Shown here: positions 9,891-21,388 of the stretch, one piece after another
How the letters are laid out: every line of letters begins with the position of its first letter
Numbering within the stretch: the first letter of the stretch is position 1
Sequence record: MH791409.1
DNA length: 64,000 nt
Source: Escherichia phage EcWhh-1
Direction: 5' to 3' (one strand)
Position numbers and translations under genes: made by a program
Notes under the pieces: model-generated
Told to the model about the DNA's origin: nothing
What the model saw: the letters and a program-made list of their open reading frames with translations, nothing else
Database searches by the model: none

Positions 9891-12800
9891 ATGGCTGATA
9901 TTTTAAAACCTGCATTCCGTGCTACATCCGGACTCGATGCTGCGGGCGAGAAAGTTATCAATGTTGCCAAAGCCGATTACAATGTACTAGATGATGGCGT
10001 CAACGTTGAATTCTTTATAGATGAGAACACCATCCAGGCGTACGACGAGACGCGCGGATATAAGAAAGGGTTTGCAGTAATCCATGACCAACGTATTTGG
10101 GTTGCTCAACGTGATATCGCTGCACCAGCTGGAACTTTTGTACCTGGTTATTGGACCGCTACCCGTACTGACCCTAAATGGATTACAGTAGCATCTCCTA
10201 CACGCCAGCTGGCTTCCGGTGAATATATCGCAGTGGATTCTGCTGCTAGCTTTACTACATTTACCCTGCCTCCTAACCCTACTGATGGCGATACCGTCGT
10301 AATCAAGGATATCGGTGGCCGTGTAGGTTATAATGAAATCAAGGTTCAATCTAGTTCTGCTCCAGGCGGTGGTAATCAGAAAATTGTTCGATTTGGTAAC
10401 CAGTTCTCTGAAACTCTGATAACCAAACCTTTTTCTTATAACATGCTTATCTTTGCTAACCGCCTTTGGCATTTCTGGGAAGCCGGTAACGAAGAACGTG
10501 GTATTCGTGTAGAGCCTAACACTGCACAGTTCCAATCACAAGCAGGTGATAACGTTTTACGTCGTTATACTTCAGGTGCAGTAATTAAATTTACTCTTCC
10601 CAAGTATGCGAACCAAGGTGACATGGTTAAAACCGTAGATATCGATGGTCTTGGAAGTAAGTTCCACTTAATCGTTGAAACCTTTGATGCATCGTCTTCA
10701 TTAGGTAAGCCTGGCCAGCATAGCATGGAATTCCGTACCTCTGGTGATGGGTTCTTTGTTTATAACTCTGTTGAAAAAATGTGGTATGTTTGGGACGGCG
10801 ACCGCCAAACTCGTCTGCGTGTTATTCGTGATGACGTAGAACTTTTGGCTAACGAAAGTATTATTGTTTTTGGTGAGAACAATTCCACACCTCAAACAAT
10901 TAATATCACGTTACCTACCGGTGTAGCTATTGGTGATACTGTTAAGATTGCTCTGAACTATCTTCGTAAAGGCCAGACTGTAAATATCAAGGCAGTTACT
11001 GGTGATAAAATTGCATCTTCTGTTCAGTTGCTTCAGTTCCCTAAACGTTCGGAATATCCACCAGACACTGAATGGGTATTGGTTGATTCATTAACCTTTA
11101 ATGGTAATATCAGTTATACTCCGGTTATTGAGTTGAGTTATATCGAAGACCATGTAGAAGATAAAAACTATTGGGTTGTTGCTCAGAACGTTCCTACGGT
11201 AGAACGTGTGGATTCTAAGGATGATTTAACTCGTGCTCGTCTCGGTGTTATTGCCCTTGCGTCTCAGACCCAGGCAAACGTTGACCATGAAAATAATCCT
11301 GAAAAAGAACTTGCAATTACTCCGCAGACTTTAGCCAATCGTGTTGCCACTGAAACTCGTCGTGGTATTGCTCGTATTGCTACTACTGCTCAGGTGAACC
11401 AGGACACAACCTTCGCATTCCAGGACGATTTGATTATTTCTCCTAAGAAATTAAACGAACGTACTGCAACCGAAACTCGTCGTGGTGTAGCCGAAATTGC
11501 TACGCAACAGGAAACTGATTCCGGTGTTGACGATACCACCATTATTACTCCTAAGAAGCTACAGACGCGCCAGGGCACTGAAAGTCTTTCAGGTATTGTA
11601 AAATATACCTCTACGGTAGACACCACTCCTGCGACTGCTAGGGACACTGTAGGTACTAACGTTTATAATAAGAACGTAGGCAATTTGGTTATTTCTCCTA
11701 AAGCTTTAGACCAATATAAAGCTACTCAAGCCCAACAAGGTACGGTATATCTTTCTACCCAGTCAGAAGTTAATACCGGACAATCTGCTAGCGGATTTGC
11801 TAACAGTGCAGTTTCTCCTGAAACGTTGCATGCCCGTGTGGCTCTTGATACTCGTACAGGGTTAATTGAAATTGCTACGCAAGTAGAGACCGATACTGGA
11901 ACAGATTATACTCGTGCGGTAACGCCTAAAACGTTAAATGATAGGAAAGCTACGGAAGGATTGACTGGTATTGCTAGAATTGCAACCCAAGCAGAATTTG
12001 ATGCAGGCACGTTAGATAATGTTATTTCAACTCCGTTGAAAATTAAAACAAGACTTAATGATACTGCTAGAACTTCTGTCTCAGCAGCCAGTGGTTTGAT
12101 TGAATCAGGAACCTTATGGAACCATTATACACTAGATATTAGAGAAGCAAATGAGACCCAACGTGGTACCGCTCGTCTGGCTACCCAGACCGAAGTCAAT
12201 GTTGGCACCGATGACAAAACCATCATCACTCCTTTGAAATTACACTCTAAAAAATCTACTGAAAGTTCTGAAGGTATTATTCGTGTTGCAACGAATACCG
12301 AAACCACTGCAGGAACTTCTAAAGTTCTGGCTGTAAGCCCTTCTGGTTTAAAATATGTAGTACAGACCGAAACCACTTGGGAAGCTACTGCACTTCGTCG
12401 TGGATTTGTTAAATTGACCGAAGGTGCTTTGACTTACTCAGGAAATAAAGTTACCGGTTCTGGTGTTAAATTTAACTCAGGTACAGGCCTTTATGAGAAC
12501 GACGATACTGTTCTGAATGCAGCCAACTATCCTAAAACAGGTTATGCGGTTTCATCTTACGAGATGAATAAAACTTTACAGAACTTTTTACCTATAAATG
12601 CTACGGCTGTGAACTCTGAGAAATTGGATGGTCTGGATTCACTTCAGTTCATTCGTAGAGACGTCGACCAAACGGTTAATGGTTCTTTAACCCTGACCAA
12701 ACAATTGAACCTGGCAGCCCCTCTGGTGTCTTCTAGTACTGCTACATTTACGGATGTTACAGCTACTAATTCTACCTTTGGTACAGTGAACGTTGTTAAC

Positions 12801-13862
12801 GGAACCAATAAATGGAAAATAACATCTCCATCTACCGGAACTACATTAACGATTGGCGATACTACTAACGTATTGACATTAAACACTGCTACAGGTAATG
12901 TTGCTGCACTTAACAACCTTAGCGCTGGTAATGATGTTCAAGCCAAAAATAACTTTGTGTTAAATGGAAGAACTATCGCAACCACCACTGGTGAAGCTTC
13001 TGGTGCTACATTGACTTTAGGCGATAACTCACAGAATTTAGTGCTCAAAACTCTTGATGCTGGTAATATCATAGCAAATGGCGGTGGTGCATTTAAAGTT
13101 CTTACCGAGAAAAACGCAGTAGAAATTGTAGACAGAAACTTTGTTAACCAAGCAGGTGATACAATGTCCGGTGTACTCCGTGTGAATGCTCCGGTTCGTG
13201 TATTTGGTACTAAGCCTACATTAGCTTCTCAGGTTCCTACGGCAGAGACAGTTGGCTTCTGGTCTGTTGATATCAATGACGAGGCCACTTATAGTAAGTT
13301 CCCTGGGTATCATAGAATGATATTACGTCGTCATATAACTATTGATACAATTCAGACCAAGCCACCTTCGGTGACGGATGAAGTTTGGAAAGCCTCAGGC
13401 TGGTTGACGTTAGATGGAACTTTTAGTTCGCCTGAAATACATTATCTGAATGAGGATGGTACTGAAGGAGCCCCAGTTTTAGGCTCTAATGATGAAAAGC
13501 TTAGAGGCCAATGGTTTGATTTCTTTGATAGAGATAAAAACGAAATTAAATACCCTGGTACGTTAACCCAGTTTGGTAATACATTGGATTCGTGTTATCA
13601 AGATTGGATTTGTTATCCTGTAGGTTTGAATGGTGGTACCATTCGTTATACCCGTACTTGGCAGAAAAATAAAAATGAGTGGACGGATTTTGCTATGGTT
13701 TATACAGCAGCTAACCCGCCTACAGCCAATGACGTTGGTGCTTTACCTGCAGATAATGCCACCATGAAAAACATTACAATCCTTGATTGGTTACGTATTG
13801 GTAATGTTCGTATTATCCCTGACCCAGTCACTAAATCCGTTAAGTTTGAGTGGATTGAATAA
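9891..13862 (+). CDS. 34: long tail fibre proximal subunit gp34
   Basis: 1323-aa ORF; conserved blocks (ATETRRGIARIATTAQVN, ITPKKLNERTATETRRGVAEIATQQETD, final IGNVRIIPDPVTKSVKFEWIE) match recalled T4 gp34. Confidence 0.96.
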   Translation: MADILKPAFRATSGLDAAGEKVINVAKADYNVLDDGVNVEFFIDENTIQAYDETRGYKKGFAVIHDQRIWVAQRDIAAPAGTFVPGYWTATRTDPKWITVASPTRQLASGEYIAVDSAASFTTFTLPPNPTDGDTVVIKDIGGRVGYNEIKVQSSSAPGGGNQKIVRFGNQFSETLITKPFSYNMLIFANRLWHFWEAGNEERGIRVEPNTAQFQSQAGDNVLRRYTSGAVIKFTLPKYANQGDMVKTVDIDGLGSKFHLIVETFDASSSLGKPGQHSMEFRTSGDGFFVYNSVEKMWYVWDGDRQTRLRVIRDDVELLANESIIVFGENNSTPQTINITLPTGVAIGDTVKIALNYLRKGQTVNIKAVTGDKIASSVQLLQFPKRSEYPPDTEWVLVDSLTFNGNISYTPVIELSYIEDHVEDKNYWVVAQNVPTVERVDSKDDLTRARLGVIALASQTQANVDHENNPEKELAITPQTLANRVATETRRGIARIATTAQVNQDTTFAFQDDLIISPKKLNERTATETRRGVAEIATQQETDSGVDDTTIITPKKLQTRQGTESLSGIVKYTSTVDTTPATARDTVGTNVYNKNVGNLVISPKALDQYKATQAQQGTVYLSTQSEVNTGQSASGFANSAVSPETLHARVALDTRTGLIEIATQVETDTGTDYTRAVTPKTLNDRKATEGLTGIARIATQAEFDAGTLDNVISTPLKIKTRLNDTARTSVSAASGLIESGTLWNHYTLDIREANETQRGTARLATQTEVNVGTDDKTIITPLKLHSKKSTESSEGIIRVATNTETTAGTSKVLAVSPSGLKYVVQTETTWEATALRRGFVKLTEGALTYSGNKVTGSGVKFNSGTGLYENDDTVLNAANYPKTGYAVSSYEMNKTLQNFLPINATAVNSEKLDGLDSLQFIRRDVDQTVNGSLTLTKQLNLAAPLVSSSTATFTDVTATNSTFGTVNVVNGTNKWKITSPSTGTTLTIGDTTNVLTLNTATGNVAALNNLSAGNDVQAKNNFVLNGRTIATTTGEASGATLTLGDNSQNLVLKTLDAGNIIANGGGAFKVLTEKNAVEIVDRNFVNQAGDTMSGVLRVNAPVRVFGTKPTLASQVPTAETVGFWSVDINDEATYSKFPGYHRMILRRHITIDTIQTKPPSVTDEVWKASGWLTLDGTFSSPEIHYLNEDGTEGAPVLGSNDEKLRGQWFDFFDRDKNEIKYPGTLTQFGNTLDSCYQDWICYPVGLNGGTIRYTRTWQKNKNEWTDFAMVYTAANPPTANDVGALPADNATMKNITILDWLRIGNVRIIPDPVTKSVKFEWIE

Positions 13863-13870
13863 GAGGTATT

Positions 13871-14992
13871 ATGGAAAGATTTATGGCAGAATTTGGACAA
13901 GGATATGTCCAGGTTCCTACATTATCTGAAAACAATGCTGTAAGGTATAAACTTAGTATAGCAGGTAGTTGTACTAAGTCTACCACAAAAGCATATGTTA
14001 AATTTCAAGATGGGGACTTTGGTCCCCAGAATTTTCAAAATGGACTAAACCTTATAGAAATTGATGTTAGTGCCGAACCTAAAGTGGTGGCTAACAAAAC
14101 TTATAGCTTTACAAAAGATTTTGATGTTATCTCTGAAGCTTTTATTACTTACATAAGTTCAATACCGGCCAATAGAATAGTTTGTTTAGTATCTTCCGGT
14201 AGATTAAATGCTTCGCAAAATCTTATTGATTGGTTCCGTGCAGCAGGAAGTACCGCATTTCCATCTAAATGGCTAATAGACCGCTTCGAGCCGTCTTATT
14301 CGGCCTTTTACGTGTCTGGTAGAAATACTATAGTGATGGAACATGTCCTTTATAATGACGGGGTGTTTGTTGAAGATGTTTCTACCCCGTTAGAAGTTGT
14401 TTTTGACGATATCAGTGATGTTGGCGGCACCGGGTATCCTATAAGAATAGTGGAAGATGAAAACACTTATCTAAGTAATGATGGAGAGGAAATAAAACGT
14501 TTCCCTACTGAATCTCCTACTACTCCTTGCGCCGATTATAATATGAAGCCTGGAGAATTCTTTTATCTTAAATTCCAAATGATGTGTGACCAGGAATTAA
14601 AAGATTTAGGGACCTCTCAGATGTCTGTTAGATTTTTTAATGCCTCAGGTGCTTTAACAGGGTCGGTTAATATGGAAGTTCCACCTAATGTCCCTGCTGG
14701 GTCTTGGATGACTTTTGAGCGGGTAATTGAAGTTCCTGCTAATACTGAAACATTTACATTGTATGCAAGAAAAACAGTGGCCGATGGAGTCGGTGGTGTA
14801 CGTAATGTGATGTTCGGGGAAGTATCAGAGCCAGAATCTCAACCTAAATTGGCCGAATTTGGTGTAAATGGTATTCGTATGAATTTCGGTACCGAAACAA
14901 AGAATATGGGTACTACCATAGCCCAGTTATACGATAAAACAGGTACTAAACCAGGACAGGTTTGGGTGTCTGAATTTAGAGAAAAATATTAA
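13871..14992 (+). CDS. 35: long tail fibre hinge connector gp35
   Basis: 373-aa ORF directly after gene 34 in the late operon. Confidence 0.85.
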   Translation: MERFMAEFGQGYVQVPTLSENNAVRYKLSIAGSCTKSTTKAYVKFQDGDFGPQNFQNGLNLIEIDVSAEPKVVANKTYSFTKDFDVISEAFITYISSIPANRIVCLVSSGRLNASQNLIDWFRAAGSTAFPSKWLIDRFEPSYSAFYVSGRNTIVMEHVLYNDGVFVEDVSTPLEVVFDDISDVGGTGYPIRIVEDENTYLSNDGEEIKRFPTESPTTPCADYNMKPGEFFYLKFQMMCDQELKDLGTSQMSVRFFNASGALTGSVNMEVPPNVPAGSWMTFERVIEVPANTETFTLYARKTVADGVGGVRNVMFGEVSEPESQPKLAEFGVNGIRMNFGTETKNMGTTIAQLYDKTGTKPGQVWVSEFREKY

Positions 14993-15020
14993 GGAACCTT
15001 CGGGTTCCTTTTTCGTTTTC
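14993..15020 (+). terminator. rho-independent terminator after gene 35
   Basis: GGAACC-TTCG-GGTTCC hairpin followed by TTTTTCGTTTTC. Confidence 0.75.
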
Positions 15021-15068
15021 TACGGCCATAAATATATAAAAGGCTATAACTCCCAAAGGAAACTCAAA

Positions 15069-15716
15069 ATGGCAGATTTAAAATTAGGTTCTACAGCAGG
15101 AGGTTCGGTATTATGGCACCAAGGTAATTTCCCCTTAACGCCTGTATCAAATGACCTTCTTTACAAAACATATAAAGTTTACACCGAGTATAATAAACCT
15201 CAAGCAGTTGATAACGATTTCGTTTCAAAAGCTAACGGCGGTAATTATAAGAACAACGTGTATTTTGAAAAAGGTTTGACCTTTAATGATACTAATGGAT
15301 ATGGTATTAAATTAGGAGCAAGAACCGGCGGGGCTCCGTTCACAGCTTCTTTCCGTATTAAAGGTGCTTTTGGATATGAAACGGAAGATGGTACTCCGTT
15401 TGTGATATTTGACCCAAGTAAAGTAGTGGGTGCTAAACGTCTTACCGTAATGGGTGATTCATTATTCCGCCAAGTATATGATGAATCGGGCCGCGTATTC
15501 AGCCCTGGCAACACCCCTACTAAGGCCCAAGTTGGATTGTCATTAGTAGATAACGCAAAACAGGTCCAAATAAATAATACTGACATGCAAATAATGGATG
15601 GAGTGCTAGCGGCTCCTAACTTTATTTCACGGAATCCGGCCTCTGGTGCAGGACACGTTCCTCGCTTTGACCAGATTGTTCAAAAAGATTCTATTCAAGA
15701 TTTTGGTTATTATTAA
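15069..15716 (+). CDS. 36: long tail fibre distal connector gp36
   Basis: 215-aa ORF between 35 and 37; gene order. Confidence 0.85.
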   Translation: MADLKLGSTAGGSVLWHQGNFPLTPVSNDLLYKTYKVYTEYNKPQAVDNDFVSKANGGNYKNNVYFEKGLTFNDTNGYGIKLGARTGGAPFTASFRIKGAFGYETEDGTPFVIFDPSKVVGAKRLTVMGDSLFRQVYDESGRVFSPGNTPTKAQVGLSLVDNAKQVQINNTDMQIMDGVLAAPNFISRNPASGAGHVPRFDQIVQKDSIQDFGYY

Positions 15717-15724
15717 GAGGCATT

Positions 15725-18700
15725 ATGGCTACTTTAAAACAGATACAATTTAAAAGAAGTAAAGTAGCTGGTGTACGTCCTACGCCAGCGCAGTTGGCTG
15801 AAGGCGAGCTGGCTATTAACTTAAAAGACCGTTTGTTATTTACCAAAGATGACACTGGAGCGATTATCGACCTTGGCTTTGCTAAAGGTGGTAATATCGA
15901 CGGAAACGTTATTCATAACGGTAACTACAACCAGACCGGCGATTATGCCCTGAAGGGTGCTTTTACCCAAACAGGTAGTTATACGACATCCGGAAGTATA
16001 ACAGCAAATGGCGATATCACAGCAAAATCTCGCCTAATGACAGATAACGGTGAAGTTCTTGTACGGGGTGCAGGAACTACCCACGTTCGATTCCAGGATT
16101 TGGCTGATGCGCGTGAAAGAGGCATAATTTATTCTCAAAACCGTGCTGGGGATACCAAGCAAATCTTAAATGTTCGTGTTCAGGATTACACTAATTCAAC
16201 ATCTAATATTTTTGCATTCAACGGTGACGGTTTATTTTATGCTCCATCTATTTCTGGTGGAACATCGGTAAAATCTCCAATAATTTATACTAATAAAGTT
16301 ATTACCGACGGTAAAGCCGCCGGCGATTACGATATATCTTCATTATCAAATAACACTCCATTGGCAGAAAGCGAAACGGCTATTAACCACCTCCGTGTTA
16401 TGCGAAATGCTGTAGGAGCAGGTATTTTCCACGAAGTTAATGTTAATGACGGAATAGCCTGGTATTCCGGAGATGGCTTAGACACTTATCTTTGGTCGTT
16501 TACCTGGTCCGGTGGATTGAAAGCCGGTCATTCTATTTCTGTAGGTCTTCCAGGTGGCCCTAAAGGATATTCTGAATTAGGGACGGCTTCAATTGCTCTT
16601 GGTGACAATAACACAGGTTTGAAATGGAAACAAGACGGCCAGTTCCATACAGTTAATAATGGAGCTTATACTTTACTTACAACTCCGACTGAAGTTACAA
16701 GCCTTAAACAGTTAGTTGCTGGTTATTCAACCAACGGTTCTGATTTAATTCTTCCTACAGCTCAAAACTATCCATTAGTTATTGTTAATACTACTAATGA
16801 TAAAAACGGCTTTGGTGATGGACAGACTCTTTTAGGTTATCATCAGAGTGGTAAATACCACCATTATTTCCGTGGTAAAGGTGTAACAAACGTTAACACT
16901 GATGGTGGGTTGTTGGTTACTCCTGGTAACGTTGAAGTCCGTGGTGGTTCGGTTAATATTGACGGTCGTGGTAACGCTTCCACTGTGATTTTTAAAGGAA
17001 GTACCACAGGATATAGTTCAGTTGATAATATAGAGCTCAAAGGTTGGGGTGACACTTTTAATACGGTAGGTGGTTCTCGTAAAAACGTATTGGAAACATC
17101 TGATGCTACCGGCTGGATGCACTATATTCAACGAACTACAGCAGGTAAAGTCGAATCTTATTTAAACGGCACGATGAACATCGTCGAAGGATTGTCTGTC
17201 AGTCAAGATACATCCTTAAAACGCAATCTGTATGTTTCCAATGAAATTAAAGTCCGCGCTGCTAGTGGTCTTCGTATTTGGAATGATAAGTATGGTGTTA
17301 TTTTTCGAAATTCAGAAGACCAGCTGCATATTATCCCAACCAATGCTAATGCTGGTGAAAGTGGCGGATTGGGTCCATTACGCCCATTAAGTATTATGTT
17401 AGACACTGGTCGGGTTAAAATCCCTAACTTAGAAGCTAAGCAGGTTTCAGGTGTATTGGAATTCATCACCACTCACGGCTCCTCTTATGCCAACCAGAAT
17501 ACGACTAAAGCCCCGTTGTATCAAACATTAGATTCTGCGTCTGCTCAAGCATTCTATCCTATTACTAAGCAGAAAAATACTGTTTCGAATGTAACTGTTA
17601 CTCAAGGTATGGACCGAACTACAAGTGAATACCGAATTGTTGCTCAAGGTGATTTGCTTGATGATGGTGATGATACAGGATTAAAATATTGGCGCTTTAC
17701 CAAAGAAGGTAACTTCATGGCTCAGAACCGCTTATATGCCGGTACAGCTTTCATGGATACCGAGGGTAATATTGTTGGTTCTATTTGGAACAAGTATAGC
17801 GGTGCTACTAACCTTGACGCAGCGGTGAATACTCGTGTTGGTAAAGGCGGGGACACAATGACAGGCCGCTTAACTCTTAAAACCAATTCAGACGCTATTG
17901 TTATTGATTATCCGGCAGATGAAGCGGGTTATGTTAAGGGTAAAAAAGGTGGTGTTGATAACTGGTATATAGGTAATGGTGGTGCTGATAACGGTTTAGC
18001 CTTCTGGAGCTTCCAATCCCAAGGTGGTATCAATATTAACCCGAATGGCGAGGTTATTTTATCTCCACAAGGTGCTTCAGTATTCAATGTAAACCGAGAC
18101 CGTATTTATATGAACGGTTCCAACTGGATTGCACATAAATCTGGTGCATGGGGTGACCAATGGGGTTTAGAAGCACCTTATTTCCTTGAGTTTGGTAGTG
18201 TGGGTGAAGACAGTTATTATCCTATTATTAAAGGTAAATCAGTAATTACTGGTCAAGGATATACTACTTCTGTTGAGCTTGGTATTAGACGTACACCTCA
18301 AGCATGGGGACAAGCGATAATTCGTGTAGGTAATGCCGAGCGCGGCGACGGTCCTGTAGGTATTTTCGAATTCCATTCTAGCGGACTATTCTACAGCCCT
18401 ACTATGGTTCAAACTCCTGCAATCGGTGTTGGTACTGTTAACGGATTAGGTGCTCCTAGTATTGCAATTGGTGATAATGATACAGGCTTATCACACGGTG
18501 GTGACGGCCGAATCAATATGGTTGCCAATGGGATTCATATTGCGTCATGGTCCAGCTCATACCATATCCATCAAGGTCTTTGGGATACCACTGGCGCTTT
18601 ATGGACTGAGCAAGGAAGAGCTATTATGTCTTATGGTCATCTTGTTCAGGCAAACGACAGCTATTCTACATATGTCCGTGACGTTTATGTCCGTTCTGAT

Positions 18701-19030
18701 ATTCGTGTTAAAAAGGACCTCGTTAAATTTGAAAATGCTTCTGATAAGCTTTCTAAAATTAACGGTTACACTTATATGCAGAAACGTGGAATGGACGAAG
18801 AAGGTAATCAGAAATGGGAACCTAACGCTGGTTTAATTGCTCAAGAAGTTCAAGCTATTTTACCAGAATTAGTTGAAGGTGACCCTGACGGTGAAGCTTT
18901 ACTTCGTTTGAACTACAACGGTGTAATTGGTTTAAATACAGCTGCAATCAACGAGCATACTGCAGAAATTGCAGAACTCAAATCAGAGATTGAAGAGCTT
19001 AAAAAATTGGTTAAATCATTGTTGAAATAA
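15725..19030 (+). CDS. 37: long tail fibre distal subunit gp37, with C-terminal intramolecular-chaperone-like domain
   Basis: 1101-aa ORF; the C-terminal ~110 aa (SDIRVKKD...[35 protein letters not shown]) resemble the self-cleaving chaperone domain of endosialidase and tail-fibre proteins. Confidence 0.93.
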   Translation: MATLKQIQFKRSKVAGVRPTPAQLAEGELAINLKDRLLFTKDDTGAIIDLGFAKGGNIDGNVIHNGNYNQTGDYALKGAFTQTGSYTTSGSITANGDITAKSRLMTDNGEVLVRGAGTTHVRFQDLADARERGIIYSQNRAGDTKQILNVRVQDYTNSTSNIFAFNGDGLFYAPSISGGTSVKSPIIYTNKVITDGKAAGDYDISSLSNNTPLAESETAINHLRVMRNAVGAGIFHEVNVNDGIAWYSGDGLDTYLWSFTWSGGLKAGHSISVGLPGGPKGYSELGTASIALGDNNTGLKWKQDGQFHTVNNGAYTLLTTPTEVTSLKQLVAGYSTNGSDLILPTAQNYPLVIVNTTNDKNGFGDGQTLLGYHQSGKYHHYFRGKGVTNVNTDGGLLVTPGNVEVRGGSVNIDGRGNASTVIFKGSTTGYSSVDNIELKGWGDTFNTVGGSRKNVLETSDATGWMHYIQRTTAGKVESYLNGTMNIVEGLSVSQDTSLKRNLYVSNEIKVRAASGLRIWNDKYGVIFRNSEDQLHIIPTNANAGESGGLGPLRPLSIMLDTGRVKIPNLEAKQVSGVLEFITTHGSSYANQNTTKAPLYQTLDSASAQAFYPITKQKNTVSNVTVTQGMDRTTSEYRIVAQGDLLDDGDDTGLKYWRFTKEGNFMAQNRLYAGTAFMDTEGNIVGSIWNKYSGATNLDAAVNTRVGKGGDTMTGRLTLKTNSDAIVIDYPADEAGYVKGKKGGVDNWYIGNGGADNGLAFWSFQSQGGININPNGEVILSPQGASVFNVNRDRIYMNGSNWIAHKSGAWGDQWGLEAPYFLEFGSVGEDSYYPIIKGKSVITGQGYTTSVELGIRRTPQAWGQAIIRVGNAERGDGPVGIFEFHSSGLFYSPTMVQTPAIGVGTVNGLGAPSIAIGDNDTGLSHGGDGRINMVANGIHIASWSSSYHIHQGLWDTTGALWTEQGRAIMSYGHLVQANDSYSTYVRDVYVRSDIRVKKDLVKFENASDKLSKINGYTYMQKRGMDEEGNQKWEPNAGLIAQEVQAILPELVEGDPDGEALLRLNYNGVIGLNTAAINEHTAEIAELKSEIEELKKLVKSLLK

Positions 19031-19034
19031 TAAG

Positions 19035-19050
19035 AGGGGCTTAGGCCCCT
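19035..19050 (+). other. intercistronic hairpin between genes 37 and 38
   Basis: AGGGGC-TTAG-GCCCCT perfect 6-bp stem directly before the gene 38 RBS (GGAGG); no T-run, so not called a terminator. Confidence 0.5.
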
Positions 19051-19061
19051 TGGAGGTTTAT

Positions 19062-19835
19062 ATGGCAGTTGAAGGACCGTGGGTAGGATGGTCTGCAAGG
19101 GTACAAACTGGAGACCCTTGGATGGCAGGAGCAGCCGTAAGATTAAGAATGGGTGTTCCGTTTTGGATGAGTAATATGATAGGTCGATCTGTTGAAGTAA
19201 TTCACACACTTGGGGCAGATCATAACTTTAACGGACAATGGTTTAGAGACCGTTGTTTTGAAGCCGGTGGTGCTCCTATCGTGTTTAACATAACTGGGGA
19301 CTTAGTATCTTATACTAAAGACGTTCCATTATTCTTTATGTATGGAGATACCCCTAACGAATATGTTACTTTGAATATTCATGGTGGTGTTCATATGTGG
19401 GGCCGAGGTGGCAACGGTACAGTAAATGGAAACCCAGGCACTAATGGTGGTGACGTAATCCAAAATGATATTGGTGGACGACTTCGCATTTGGAATTATG
19501 GTGTGATAGCCTCCGGTGGTGGCGGCGGCGGTGGCGTATCATTACAGAATAGTTGGCCTGCAAATTCTACAGCAGGTGGTGGAGGCGGCAGACCATTTGG
19601 TCTCGGCGGCGGTGGTGTTAATTGGCCAGGCGGCAATGCTAGTTATGTTGGTCCAGGTGGCGGTGGTAATGCAAGCCAATTTGGCGGTGGCAATGGTGGT
19701 GATGCTGGAGGTTGGGGCGGAGATGGATGGGGTAAAAACTTATCCAGGTCAGGTGGTGGTGCTCCTGGTAGAGCAGTATTCGGTTCCTCCCCATCATGGG
19801 GCGCTACAGGCACTATCTACGGCTCTTGGTTATAA
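19062..19835 (+). CDS. 38: long tail fibre tip adhesin gp38 (T2-type, glycine-rich motifs)
   Basis: Begins [10 protein letters not shown]; poly-Gly runs ([24 protein letters not shown]) separated by variable segments. The ORF track starts at a TTG at 19050; the ATG at 19062 with GGAGG 5 nt upstream is the likelier start. Confidence 0.88.
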   Translation: MAVEGPWVGWSARVQTGDPWMAGAAVRLRMGVPFWMSNMIGRSVEVIHTLGADHNFNGQWFRDRCFEAGGAPIVFNITGDLVSYTKDVPLFFMYGDTPNEYVTLNIHGGVHMWGRGGNGTVNGNPGTNGGDVIQNDIGGRLRIWNYGVIASGGGGGGGVSLQNSWPANSTAGGGGGRPFGLGGGGVNWPGGNASYVGPGGGGNASQFGGGNGGDAGGWGGDGWGKNLSRSGGGAPGRAVFGSSPSWGATGTIYGSWL

Positions 19836-19851
19836 TACGAAAGTATTAAAT

Positions 19852-19859
19852 TATAAATA
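19852..19859 (+). promoter_or_regulatory. T4-type late promoter (TATAAATA) for holin t
   Basis: Exact TATAAATA 18 nt upstream of the t ATG. Confidence 0.8.
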
Positions 19860-19877
19860 TCTTTAAAGGAGAAAAGT

Positions 19878-20531
19878 ATGGAACCAAAAGTAGGATTTTC
19901 ATTATCAGACCTACTTTTTGGACTTCTTGATAGAATTTTTAAAGATACTTCTTCCGGGAAAGTAGTTTTTTCCCGGGTCCTAGTCGTAATATTATTGTTC
20001 TTTATGGCATTAGTTTGGTATAAAGGCGAGTATATTCTAAACTTTTATAAAGAGACAACTTATGCCTCTTATACTGAAATGATTAGACAAGACCAGGACA
20101 ATAGATTTAAAATTGCGGCTATCGAGCAGCTCCGAATAGTGCATTCTTCTTCAGGCGCAGACTTCACAGCAATATATTCTTTTAGACCAACCAACATGAA
20201 TTATTTTGTGGACATGGTTGCTTATGAGGGTAAATTACCGGAAACGGTAGACGCAAAAAATACGGGAGGGTTTCCAATTGACAAAACGTCAGTAGAATAT
20301 ATGGCGGGAGTTAACGGGAACTATTTTGAATCAAGTACCGAAACTGTATTCCTTCCTACAAAGAAGAAAACACAATTCACGTATATGTTTTCATGCCCGT
20401 TTTTTAATTTGGATAACATCTATGCCGGCTCGATATCATTATATTGGTATGATATCAAACCGGATTTAGGATTTCCTAGACTTTCGTCTATGTGTGGTCA
20501 GGCTGGGAGAACATTAGGTCGAACTCGTTAA
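19878..20531 (+). CDS. t: holin T
   Basis: 217-aa ORF with one N-terminal TM segment and a large periplasmic domain; conserved YSFRP.NMNYFVDM.AYEGKLP and FLPTKK...YMFSCPFFNLDNIYAG blocks match recalled T4 holin. Confidence 0.94.
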   Translation: MEPKVGFSLSDLLFGLLDRIFKDTSSGKVVFSRVLVVILLFFMALVWYKGEYILNFYKETTYASYTEMIRQDQDNRFKIAAIEQLRIVHSSSGADFTAIYSFRPTNMNYFVDMVAYEGKLPETVDAKNTGGFPIDKTSVEYMAGVNGNYFESSTETVFLPTKKKTQFTYMFSCPFFNLDNIYAGSISLYWYDIKPDLGFPRLSSMCGQAGRTLGRTR

Positions 20532-20803
20532 AAATTGGAGGTATACATCATTAGATAACGATGTATATCTTCATACCCTTCATTAAATTGCTCAATAAGA
20601 GTATCACGTTCATCTTCAGTTAAAGACTTAAAGAGTTTATTAAAAGATAGGCCGTTAAGTTCCTTTCCATGTTCATTACGAATACCCAACTCATTCAAAA
20701 AGGCAATAAACTCATCACGGCGCTGCATGATGTCTTCACAATCCGTTTTAATCAAAATGGAAACAATAGTAGCAATTTCGGAAACGATTTCAATTTTAGT
20801 CAT
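20528..20803 (-). CDS. asiA: anti-sigma70 factor AsiA
   Basis: 91-aa ORF; IAFLNELGI...LIEQFNEGYEDIHRYLMMYT matches recalled T4 AsiA; convergent with t as in T4. Confidence 0.88.
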   Translation of the reverse strand: MTKIEIVSEIATIVSILIKTDCEDIMQRRDEFIAFLNELGIRNEHGKELNGLSFNKLFKSLTEDERDTLIEQFNEGYEDIHRYLMMYTSNF

Positions 20804-20843
20804 AATATTCTCTTCAATTCAGTACGACATTATCTGATAAGGC

Positions 20844-20872
20844 TATAATAACATATCCTTATGGATTGTAAA
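20844..20872 (-). promoter_or_regulatory. early promoter upstream of asiA
   Basis: GTTTAC-N17-TATTAT on the minus strand. Confidence 0.6.
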
Positions 20873-21106
20873 CATGTTCTTCGTTCTTTTTAACATATTC
20901 CTGATACATTTCTTCAATAGGTTCCTGGAACTTAAAATCAGCTCCTAGGAATTCCTCAAAGCACTCCTGCTCACGAGTACGCATACCTGTTACGGTATTC
21001 TCTAAGTTATGACTCATACCCTTTACCCTTATGTTTCTGCTTACGCTTGGACTCTTTAAAATTTTTCTTCTTGTCCTTATGGACCGAAGCCTTATTGAAA
21101 TCGTGC

Positions 21107-21388
21107 TTAGCTACAAGATTGTTCACGTAATTTCCTTAATTGATATTCAAGAGAACTGATAATTTCTTTATTAGTTGCAATATACATATCACGTAGGAAC
21201 GGCTTCAACCCTTCCATATTCCCATGAATTGTCTTAGAACTAATATTCTTTATATATTCATGGTCTAATGCATCCCAAGCCGGCTGGTTGACATAAGTTC
21301 CCCAGTTGTCTTCAACCATAACATTCAGACGTTTAATGTGGTTGATATGGGCTTCGATTGCATCAATCTGGAGTTGTTTAAGATTCAT
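21107..21388 (-). CDS. hypothetical protein (arn/motA.1 region)
   Basis: 93-aa ORF between asiA and motA. Confidence 0.45.
   Translation of the reverse strand: MNLKQLQIDAIEAHINHIKRLNVMVEDNWGTYVNQPAWDALDHEYIKNISSKTIHGNMEGLKPFLRDMYIATNKEIISSLEYQLRKLREQSCS

Noticed and set aside
9987-10535. 182-aa ORF on the minus strand inside gene 34, and similar antisense ORFs inside large genes (453..662, 1087..1278, 6891..7394, 8992..9456, 19516..19866, 24160..24708, 39533..39967, 57487..58965 and others).
   Set aside because: Each lies wholly inside a well-supported gene on the other strand and has no RBS or conserved motif; treated as chance ORFs.
15021-15040. Possible late promoter upstream of gene 36 (CATAAATATATAAAA).
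   Set aside because: Not an exact TATAAATA match and it lies just after the gene 35 terminator; left uncalled.
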